Origin: Myxococcales bacterium
GTDB taxonomy: Bacteria > Myxococcota_A > UBA9042
Direction: 5' to 3'
Assembly (NCBI GenBank): GCA_037441385.1
Contig: JBBISH010000030.1
Coordinates: 1 to 53,725, forward strand
Length of the DNA: 53,725 nt
In this document: one piece after another, positions 45,914 to 53,725 of the stretch
How positions within the stretch are numbered: position 1 is the first letter of the stretch
How the letters are laid out: every line of letters starts with the position of its first letter
Program-made: the position numbers and the translations under genes
Notes under the pieces: model-generated
Database searches by the model: none
Seen by the model: the letters and a program-made list of their open reading frames with translations, nothing else
Told to the model about the DNA's origin: nothing

Positions 45914-48900
45914 CTAGTCGATCTTCAGGCGGTTGGGCCCCGTGGTGCCAAAGACTTCGGGCCGATACATGGCCTCTGCGCGAACGCCGCGGCCCAAGAA
46001 ATCGCCCCGCACGGCGGCGCGCGCCACGTAGTTGAACACGTGCACGCCCTGCGGCATGAAGTCCACGAACCAGCGCACTTGCCGGCCGGCCAACTCGCGA
46101 TGGCTGGCCATGTCGCCCAGCTGCGCACGCACCGGGCCGCCCGATGGCAGCAAATTGAGGTCTGCGCCCAGCACCGCCCCGCGCAGCCGGTCCAGGGTGG
46201 CCTGGACGGACTTTGGCGCGGTTTCAAGTGAAAGATCCATAGGTTCCAAGCCGGCCGGCAACTGCTCGACAATCGCCACATTCTCGCGGTCGCGGTCCGC
46301 CAAGACCAGCACCGTCACGATGACGTTCTTGCCGCGCTCGATGTGGTCAAAGCCGGAACGGCCGCCTTCGTCGACGACGACACGTTTGACAAAGAAGCCA
46401 GCGTTCTTGGCTACTTCTGCCTCGGTGGTCAGCGCATAGCTGTAGCGGAGCGTGTAGTACAGCGTGCCCTGGCCATCCTTGTCTAGCAGCAGACTCGACG
46501 TGCCGCTAGCCAGTTCATCCTGGCCAATCCACACCTTCCACGGATCGGCCGCGCGCTTGCTCAGGCGGGCCGGAGGCAGCTTCTTGTCGCCCAGCTGGAC
46601 CTGCAGGCCCAGGTCGCCGCTGTCGCGGTCGCGCTGCTGCAAGTAGCGGCCCAGGCTCTGCAGAATCCAGGCATTTTCTTGGGTACTTCCGCCACCTTGC
46701 GGCCCGCGGCGATCCAGCAACCAGCGCGCCAGACGGCCGATGATCGGCTGATCGGGCGTGGCCTTGAGCATCACCGCCAAAAGCTGCGCATTGGTGCGGA
46801 CTTCCGACGACCAGCCTTCGCCGTCCGCTTGCTCGTAGTGGGCGGTCGCGGCGTCTAAGTGCAGGGTGCGCGTCAGCTCGTTGACGATGGTGCGCGCCTT
46901 TTCGGCCCCAGCCGGATCGGCTGCTGCTGCCTCTGCGAGCCACAATCGGCCAGACGCGCTCAGGTCTTGCCGCACGGCGAACAATCGGTCCACGTCGCCG
47001 GCGGCAGGTTGGCCCAGCGCGGCCAAGGTGGCAGTGATCATCGCCTGATCGTCCAATGCCGCTTGCGCAACCGGCGTGTCGTCGCCATAGCGCCCGACCG
47101 GCCGCGGGGCAGTCGCCGGCGACAGCCGTTGCCGCAGCCAGGCCGGCCCATCGCGCAGTAGCGTCGCATCCACCCGCAGGCCCGCAGCTTTGGCATCGAC
47201 CAGCACACGCAACGCCCAGGCGGTGGCCTCTAGATCGGCCCGGCCGTCACCCGGCCACAGTGTCAAAGCCGCCTCGCCGGGCACACGCCGCGCTACGATC
47301 TGGTCCACGGCTTGTTGAGCCATGTCGCGCACTTTCTGCTTGTCGGCCTCGCCCAAGTCAAAGGCGGCCGCCACCTGATCCTTCCACAACAGCGCCAGCA
47401 GCTGCGAGGTGAGCTGCTCGGTGCAGCCGTAGGGATACTCGACCAGGAAGTCCAGTGCTCCGCGGACGCCCACCAGGCCATTGGCCGACGCGCTGATCTC
47501 GACGCCGCCAATGCCCGGCCGCGCCTGGGCTTTTTGCACAGCTTGCTTCACCGATTCGCTACTCTCGTCGTAGGTGGCCACGCTTTCGACCAGAGCCGGA
47601 TCCACCACTTCTACGGCCTCTTCGATGCCATCGGTCTCGTGCAAAGGCTTGCCGTCGTCGCCCTTGCCGCCATTGGCCTCGACGCGAAGAGTCACTTTGA
47701 ATTTGCCGGCTTGGGTCGCCCGCACCTTGAAGGTCACTTCGCTGCTGGCGTCTTTGGCAATCGCCAGCGGCTTCTCTGCGTCGCCGTCGATGGCCCCCTG
47801 GCCACCATCGGCGGTCAGCTGCAGCTTGGCCGTACCACGCAGATCGCCGGGGCTCCGGTTGCGAGCGACCACGGCCACTTCGAACGTGTCGCCCAGATGC
47901 ACCTGGCGCGGCCACGTCGTCAACAGCATCAACGGCCTGTCGACTTGGATCGCCGCTTGTCCGTGACCGGCGCGGCTAGGCCCAGCGGACGCGACCGCCA
48001 TCACCCGGAACGTGGTCAGGTTTTCGGGCAGCTTGAACTTGGCGGTGGCCTGCCCCTTGTCGTCCACGGCCACGCTGGGCAGCCACACCGCGACATCGCG
48101 CAGGTCCGAGCGGGCGTGACCGGCGCCACCGCCACCGCCTTCAGCGCCCTTTTCCTCGCCCAATTTGCCGCGAATCAGGGCTTCGACCGTGGCGTAGTCG
48201 GCAACTCCGCGCTGCGCAGGCGCAAACAGGGCCGCAAAGGGGTCCGGGGTGGCGTAGCCCGTCAACGCCAGCACGCCTTCATCCACCGCCCACAGGGTCA
48301 CTTCGCCGGCCACGGGCTGGCCCGCGGCATCGCGCAAGTCCAGGCCAACGCTCACTTCATCGCCAGGCCGGTGACGCGGCTTGTCGGGGGTCACCTTCAA
48401 CGTGGCCACGCGATCGGTCGTGTCGACCTCGATAGGCACCAGCACATTCTCCAGCGCCGGGGCACCCAAGTCCGGTTTGCCGACCTCGGCCGGCGCCTTG
48501 CGCCCGCTGAAAATCGCTGCGGACACAAAGAAGTTGGGCTGGTGGCGCGCCTCGATGGCGATTTCGATGGTGGTGACATCGCTCGACAGGTCGATCGGCC
48601 GCGTCTCGAGCACGCTGCCGCGCTCTACGGTGATCAGTGCGCGCTTGCCGCCGTTCTTGTTCTTGAGGAGCAGTTTGGCCGTTTCGCCAACCTTGTACTG
48701 CGGCTTGTCGGCCACCAGCGCCGCCGTTTCGGAATGATCGCGGTCAAAAGCCACGGCATCCGCACCGGCCACGTAGGTGGTGGTCTGCGAAAAGGCTTTG
48801 CGGCCTTGCGCGTCGGTCGCGACAACGCTGACCACATAGGCGCCGGCCTGCGTGGGGGTCTGGGCACAAGTGACCGGCTGGCTGGCGGAAGTCAGCGCAC

Positions 48901-51724
48901 AATCGCCCACCGGGACTTCGACGGGCGTGCTGATCCATTCGAACTGGCCACCAATCGTCTCTTGCCGAACCTGCTTGTACTCGCGGCGCGCCAGGTGGAC
49001 CGCAAGGGGTACGCCGACCTGCGGCTTGCCCTCCACGTCCGTTGCGATGACCTCGATGAGCAGCGGCTTGCCGGCCTGGTACCAACTTTCGGTCAGGTGC
49101 AGGCCGGGGTGGACGCTGGCGGGGTGCAGCCAACCGCGGGTGCGCGTCGCCACCGGCTGGTCGTTGGGGTCGATGGCGGTGAACTCGATATCAAAGGTTC
49201 GCGACGAGTTGATGTGCAGCGACTTGGTCGGCAAGGCGAACGTGTAGCGGCCTTTGGCATCCAAGTGAGCTTGGGCGCTGTGGGTCCAGCTCGGGCCGTT
49301 GTCGTACCCAGCCTCGAACGAGAAGGTAGACCAGCCCGGCGGATCGAACGTCGCGCTGTAGCTCGACACGGCCACGGTGAGCGGCGCGTTGTCCAAGGGG
49401 CCGCCGCTGTAGTAGCTGGCCGTCACGTCACCCGCGACCACGTCGCCCACCGTGTGGTGGGTCTTGGCCAAGGTCGCGCCGGCCTTGAACTTGGGCGTGC
49501 GGTACACCAACATTTCAAAATCGCAGGAGATCGTCGCCTCACCCCACTTGGCGACCAGATCCCAGGTCCCGTACTCGCCCGCGGCCGGCAGCGGCACTTG
49601 ACCGTCAAAGCTGCCTTGCGCGGAAACCGTAGCGGTCACTTTGGCTTGCGGGTGGCCATTGGGGTCGCGCAGCTCCAGCTCGACCTTGTCGCCGGCCTTG
49701 GCAAACGCGAGTCCCGTCGCCTCCAGGACGCGCAGCAACCCCTTGAAACGCACTGCCTCGCCACGTCGGTAGACATTTTTATCGGTGAACAAGCTGCCGC
49801 GCTGCAGCGAGGCGCCGTCGCCATCCCAGTAGTCGCCGCTGCCAAAACTGCCGTCCAAGCGCAGCCAGGTCCAGTCGTCGTCTTTGCTGGCGACGACGGT
49901 CTTGATCGAGGCGGCGGGCGGTGGGACCTCATCTTCGCCATCGTAGGTCGAGCGGCTCACTAGATTCCCAGGTCCGCTGACCAGGCCCTGGGCATTGCTG
50001 GTGCCGCGCCAAATGGCCTTGCCGGTCGGGTCCAGCACGGCTACGTCCGCGCCCGCCACCGGCAGCCCAGAAGACAGCGACGTCACCCAGAAAATCGATG
50101 AAGTCGCGCTGGTCTTGGCCATCACCTGCAAATCGGTCACCGCCACCAATTGCCGCAGCTTGAGGTCGTCCGGCAGCTTGTCGCCCACTGCCGCCACGCT
50201 GAGCAGCAGCGCACCAGGCTTGTTGTCCAGCCATTTGTCCAGGTCGATGATGCGGCGCATGTCGGTGTCGAGCGAGTTGGTGCCCTTCAGGCCCAGGTCC
50301 AGGTCGAACTGGATCTGGGCGGGCGGTCGCGGCCGCTGACCCTGCGGCACGGGATGATCGGCCAACTGGTCCAACACCTTGGCGATGTCGTCGCGGCCCA
50401 CGCGCAGGGCCTTGGCCGACAGGTTCGGCACATTGCGCAAGTCGACGCCAAAGCGATGCGGCCCCTGCGCGCGCTCTAGGAAAGTGCCGTCGGTCGCCGA
50501 GCTGAGCATCGGCAGTCGGTGGCCCATGGTGAACTGGAACGTCTTGCCTTCTTTGAGAGTCTGCCCCCAGCGGTCCTTGAAGCCGGCGGCCACCTTGACC
50601 GAATAGCTCTGCCCCGGAAGCCAGCCCGGCGCCGTCGGCTTGGCGGCTACCGACGCGGCGTGCAGCGAGCAATCCGCGCCCCAACACATGACTTCCAGTC
50701 CCGGCGGCGCTGGATTCACGGTGATCAGCTTGGCGAGTTGCTCCTTGGGCAATTCGGCCAGCGCGTTGTTGAACGCAATGTGCACGGGCGTCCAGGCGTC
50801 GGGATCACAGGGCTCGTCGCAGGCCGCGCGCACGATGCCCAGAGGCCCTAGCGTGTGGTAATTCAAGCGATAGGGCTTCTCAGACACCTCGGGACCGCGC
50901 TGGCTGTGCAGCCCCGGCGCCAACAGCAACGCGATGTCAAAGTCGGCGGGCAGCGGCGTCTGCGGCTCCAGAATGGCGACCCGGCTCTGCAGATCCGCGG
51001 CCTGAGCGACCGGGTCGGGGTCGCGCCGATGGATCCACTCCAGGTCGGCCGGGGTAGCCTGCGAGAACTTGAGCAGCGGCGCGGTGTTGTCTTTGATCTC
51101 CAGGTGAGCCAGCTTTTGGATGCTGGCTAGGTCCACCGGCTGATCGAACTCCAGGGCAATGCGGCTGTTGGGCGCCACGTGATCTTCGCCCGACGACGGC
51201 CAGCTGCGCACGACATGCGGCAGCGACGTGCGAAATGCCCAGCTGAAGTCGGCGACCGGCTTGCCGTCCAAGGCGACAAACCCCTGCAGCTTCACGGTGT
51301 AACGCGTCGCCGGCGCCAGCGGCTTGGTCGGCCAGATGCCCAGGGTCGACGTTCCCAGCCACTGCACGCGCACGGGCGTGGGCGGGTCCAAGCTGACCTG
51401 ACTGGCGGCGGCTGGCACGTCGACCGCGCTCAGCGGCACCATCGGCCGATCAAAGGCAACTGCGCCCATGGTGGGCACCTCGACGTCGCCGCGAGGCATC
51501 GCAAATGTCACCGTCGCGGTTCCGGGAAGGGCGGCCGCCAAACCACCGCTGCGTGCGGCGCTATTGGCTTGGGCTGCCTGGGGCACCGCTTTTTCGGCAG
51601 GCGGGGCCGCTTGGCGACTGCAAGCCACGGTCAGGGCCAATGCCAAAGCCGCGGTCAACCACAATCGATTGAATCGCCAAGAGTTTCCGCCGATGCCTGG
51701 CCGCTGGGGGTCGTGCATGTTCAT
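45914..51724 (-). CDS. Bacterial alpha-2-macroglobulin lipoprotein
   Basis: Lipobox TVAC; FTDKNVYRRGE (MG2), WAVDEGVLALT, LPENLTTFR, thioester YPYGCTEQ (47414-47425), STQEN, AEAMYRPE. Confidence 0.95.
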   Translation of the reverse strand: MNMHDPQRPGIGGNSWRFNRLWLTAALALALTVACSRQAAPPAEKAVPQAAQANSAARSGGLAAALPGTATVTFAMPRGDVEVPTMGAVAFDRPMVPLSAVDVPAAASQVSLDPPTPVRVQWLGTSTLGIWPTKPLAPATRYTVKLQGFVALDGKPVADFSWAFRTSLPHVVRSWPSSGEDHVAPNSRIALEFDQPVDLASIQKLAHLEIKDNTAPLLKFSQATPADLEWIHRRDPDPVAQAADLQSRVAILEPQTPLPADFDIALLLAPGLHSQRGPEVSEKPYRLNYHTLGPLGIVRAACDEPCDPDAWTPVHIAFNNALAELPKEQLAKLITVNPAPPGLEVMCWGADCSLHAASVAAKPTAPGWLPGQSYSVKVAAGFKDRWGQTLKEGKTFQFTMGHRLPMLSSATDGTFLERAQGPHRFGVDLRNVPNLSAKALRVGRDDIAKVLDQLADHPVPQGQRPRPPAQIQFDLDLGLKGTNSLDTDMRRIIDLDKWLDNKPGALLLSVAAVGDKLPDDLKLRQLVAVTDLQVMAKTSATSSIFWVTSLSSGLPVAGADVAVLDPTGKAIWRGTSNAQGLVSGPGNLVSRSTYDGEDEVPPPAASIKTVVASKDDDWTWLRLDGSFGSGDYWDGDGASLQRGSLFTDKNVYRRGEAVRFKGLLRVLEATGLAFAKAGDKVELELRDPNGHPQAKVTATVSAQGSFDGQVPLPAAGEYGTWDLVAKWGEATISCDFEMLVYRTPKFKAGATLAKTHHTVGDVVAGDVTASYYSGGPLDNAPLTVAVSSYSATFDPPGWSTFSFEAGYDNGPSWTHSAQAHLDAKGRYTFALPTKSLHINSSRTFDIEFTAIDPNDQPVATRTRGWLHPASVHPGLHLTESWYQAGKPLLIEVIATDVEGKPQVGVPLAVHLARREYKQVRQETIGGQFEWISTPVEVPVGDCALTSASQPVTCAQTPTQAGAYVVSVVATDAQGRKAFSQTTTYVAGADAVAFDRDHSETAALVADKPQYKVGETAKLLLKNKNGGKRALITVERGSVLETRPIDLSSDVTTIEIAIEARHQPNFFVSAAIFSGRKAPAEVGKPDLGAPALENVLVPIEVDTTDRVATLKVTPDKPRHRPGDEVSVGLDLRDAAGQPVAGEVTLWAVDEGVLALTGYATPDPFAALFAPAQRGVADYATVEALIRGKLGEEKGAEGGGGGAGHARSDLRDVAVWLPSVAVDDKGQATAKFKLPENLTTFRVMAVASAGPSRAGHGQAAIQVDRPLMLLTTWPRQVHLGDTFEVAVVARNRSPGDLRGTAKLQLTADGGQGAIDGDAEKPLAIAKDASSEVTFKVRATQAGKFKVTLRVEANGGKGDDGKPLHETDGIEEAVEVVDPALVESVATYDESSESVKQAVQKAQARPGIGGVEISASANGLVGVRGALDFLVEYPYGCTEQLTSQLLALLWKDQVAAAFDLGEADKQKVRDMAQQAVDQIVARRVPGEAALTLWPGDGRADLEATAWALRVLVDAKAAGLRVDATLLRDGPAWLRQRLSPATAPRPVGRYGDDTPVAQAALDDQAMITATLAALGQPAAGDVDRLFAVRQDLSASGRLWLAEAAAADPAGAEKARTIVNELTRTLHLDAATAHYEQADGEGWSSEVRTNAQLLAVMLKATPDQPIIGRLARWLLDRRGPQGGGSTQENAWILQSLGRYLQQRDRDSGDLGLQVQLGDKKLPPARLSKRAADPWKVWIGQDELASGTSSLLLDKDGQGTLYYTLRYSYALTTEAEVAKNAGFFVKRVVVDEGGRSGFDHIERGKNVIVTVLVLADRDRENVAIVEQLPAGLEPMDLSLETAPKSVQATLDRLRGAVLGADLNLLPSGGPVRAQLGDMASHRELAGRQVRWFVDFMPQGVHVFNYVARAAVRGDFLGRGVRAEAMYRPEVFGTTGPNRLKID

Positions 51725-51952
51725 CCTTGCCTCGTCATGTCGTGGGGGTGCGCGCCCGGCCGACGATGATACGCCAAAACGCCAGCGCTGCCCAACGCAG
51801 ATGCCCCCAGCTTGATTCGCACCTGGACGGTGGCCTTGGGCGGCGGCCCTTTTCGCAAAATCAAGGGGTAGCCCGGATTTGAGCCCCGGTATTGGCGTGC
51901 GCCTGCGGGCTGGTTACGCGATCCGAATCGAACCTCGACCGCGGGCGCAAAG

Positions 51953-53725
51953 CTATTGAGCCACGATGCGCAAGTCATCGACGAACGGGCCGGCGCCCGT
52001 GTTCGCGACGCTGTCCGACGTGTCGAATTTGATGCGCAACTTGAACTTCTTGCCGCCAAATCCGGTGAGCGGGATTTGCACATGCTGCCAGGTCTTGGCC
52101 GCCGTCGCGTCGACCGCGGCCGTGAACGTTCCGGCCGTCTTGCACATCTGCGTCGTGTAGTTGCCAACGGCGGTCGTGGTCGCGCATCCGGCAAAATCAT
52201 CTGTAGAGACAGAAAGATACAGGCGATCGAAGTTGGTCGTTCCCGAGCCAAGTTCGGTGTCGAAGTACGCCCAGAAATCGGCGCGAACCGTGGTCTTGCC
52301 CGTGGCGTCGACCTCGAAATTGCCCACGGCCGAGCCCGCATTCGCGGTGTTGTTGCCGCTGTCGAAGTTGACGCCATTGTTGTAGTTCAGGCAGCACACC
52401 CCGCTGGGCAACTTCATGCCCGCCGCTGGCGCGTCTACGGCCCAGGTGATCGGCGGTGCGCTGGAGTAGTACGAAAACGCCTTGTCGCCGCAGTCAAAAT
52501 TGTCGGTCAGCAGGGTGACGCCACTGCAGGCCGGGTCGGCGAGGCAGTTGCTGTCGCTGCAGTCGGTGGCGCCATCTTTGTCGCCGTCCACGCCGTCGCT
52601 GCAGTCCGACTCGAAGCACCCCGCCACGGCGGCACAGGCTGGGTCGGCGCAGTCCACCTTGTAGTTGCCATCGTTGTCCAGACCGTCGCTGCAGTTTTCG
52701 GTCCCGGCCAGGGCGGTGAACTTCAAGTTGTCGATGAAGAAGCCCGTGCCGGTATTGCCTTGGCTGCCCGTGGTACCGGGCGGCTGGCCCAAGCTGAAGC
52801 GCACCTGGACTTGCTTGCCCGCCGCCTCCGGGAAGGCGAGCTTGTAGCCTTCTTTCCACTTCTTCAGGTCGCCGGCGCCCACCGGTAGCATCTGGGTCGC
52901 CAGCACGACCTTGGTTGTGGCGTCGATCACGTCGACCTGGGGCTGATCGCCGCCGGCCACGAACGTGTCGACATCGTAGTAAGTGTCGAAAATAAGGACC
53001 GGAATCAGGCCCCCTGCCTTGGTGAAATTGGCCGCCGTGGGCTGGGTCGCCGAGCCGAGCGGAAGCTGGCACATGCCCGGCTGCCCAAGCAGTGCGTCGC
53101 AGTAGTTCACGCCGTTGTTGAAGTTGAGGGTGCACTGGTGCTCGACCGTGCCGGCCGGAGTGGCGGGCACGCCGTCGATGGCCCAGACCACGGTGCGGAG
53201 CACGCCCGGCGGTGTTGGCGGCGGGACGTCGTAGATCCAGCTGGCTTTGGGTGGGCAGGTAAAGGTTTCGGAGTAGCCGACGCAGCCCGTGGGGCTCTGG
53301 CACTTGCCTTGGGTGCAAACCGAGTCGGCGGTACAGCTCACGCCGTCGTCGCAGGCGGTGCCATCGCCGGCGGCCACGTTCTTGCACGCGCCCGTGTTGC
53401 TGTCGCAGCTATCGGCCGTGCAGGGGTTGCCGTCGTCGCACTTGCTGCCGCCCGTGGCTTTGCAGGTGCCCTTGCCGTCGCACAGACCCGCGGCCGAGCA
53501 TTTGTCCGGCGCCACACACGGCAGCGTGTTGGGCACAAAGGCACATTTGCCCGTGACGGGGTCGCAGCTGTCGCTGGTGCAGGTATTGCCGTCGCTGCAG
53601 ACGACCAGCGTGTAGCTGCACTTGCCGCTGCCCTTGTCGCAAAAGTCCGTGGTGCAGCCGCTGCCGTCGTCGCAGAGTGAGCCGGTGCCGACACACGCCG
53701 CGCCCACGCAGGTGTCGGTGGTCGT
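51953..53725 (-). CDS. Cys-rich extracellular repeat protein with two beta-sandwich domains (5' end outside window)
   Basis: Frame is open to the window end; CDDGxxCTxDxC repeats; two CSDG(L/V)DxDxxxxxDCxDxxC repeats; duplicated domain with WA(I/V)D..LN(F/Y)NNGVN..NTGxGxF(I/V)DxL. Confidence 0.85.
   Translation of the reverse strand, partial: TTTDTCVGAACVGTGSLCDDGSGCTTDFCDKGSGKCSYTLVVCSDGNTCTSDSCDPVTGKCAFVPNTLPCVAPDKCSAAGLCDGKGTCKATGGSKCDDGNPCTADSCDSNTGACKNVAAGDGTACDDGVSCTADSVCTQGKCQSPTGCVGYSETFTCPPKASWIYDVPPPTPPGVLRTVVWAIDGVPATPAGTVEHQCTLNFNNGVNYCDALLGQPGMCQLPLGSATQPTAANFTKAGGLIPVLIFDTYYDVDTFVAGGDQPQVDVIDATTKVVLATQMLPVGAGDLKKWKEGYKLAFPEAAGKQVQVRFSLGQPPGTTGSQGNTGTGFFIDNLKFTALAGTENCSDGLDNDGNYKVDCADPACAAVAGCFESDCSDGVDGDKDGATDCSDSNCLADPACSGVTLLTDNFDCGDKAFSYYSSAPPITWAVDAPAAGMKLPSGVCCLNYNNGVNFDSGNNTANAGSAVGNFEVDATGKTTVRADFWAYFDTELGSGTTNFDRLYLSVSTDDFAGCATTTAVGNYTTQMCKTAGTFTAAVDATAAKTWQHVQIPLTGFGGKKFKLRIKFDTSDSVANTGAGPFVDDLRIVAQ

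Noticed and set aside
51862..51945. T-loop-like strings (GGCTCAAATCC and GGTTCGATTC on the minus strand) suggesting a tRNA
   Set aside because: No acceptor stem, D-arm or anticodon arm can be built around either string.

Overview
This is GC-rich bacterial chromosomal DNA. The gene repertoire suggests a Myxococcota/deltaproteobacterium-like organism (inference from PEGA proteins, an eukaryote-type Ser/Thr kinase, Cys-rich lipoproteins and alpha-2-macroglobulin). About 33 CDSs are supportable. Metabolic and housekeeping blocks: a VorB-type 2-oxoacid:ferredoxin oxidoreductase operon led by an uncharacterised P-loop ATPase; a divergent pyrB / fused pyrF-pyrE / pyrD / pyrC operon; def-fmt-proC; hutH-maf; and alpha-2-macroglobulin-pbpC. 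The rest is an unusually dense set of large exported proteins, about 9 with lipoboxes: a PPC-like lipoprotein, a ~1670 aa metzincin lipoprotein, an LVIVD-like/thioredoxin-fold lipoprotein, a lipoprotein with five somatomedin-B-like domains, a Kelch-like lipoprotein, an IgGFc-binding-domain lipoprotein and two further Cys-rich repeat proteins cut by the window edges. The best candidate for an undescribed system is the 22.4-35.2 kb envelope module: lipoprotein, Kelch-like lipoprotein, PEGA protein, LolA-like protein, outer-membrane barrel and SMB-array lipoprotein, divergent from a PEGA receptor kinase and a TPR-PEGA protein. Intergenic DNA carries REP-like GGG(A/T)CAG motifs, an FNR-like palindrome, several tandem repeats and a possibly structured ~370 nt leader. 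No rRNA, tRNA, CRISPR array or transposase was recognised. All family calls come from motif recognition by eye; no database searches were run.
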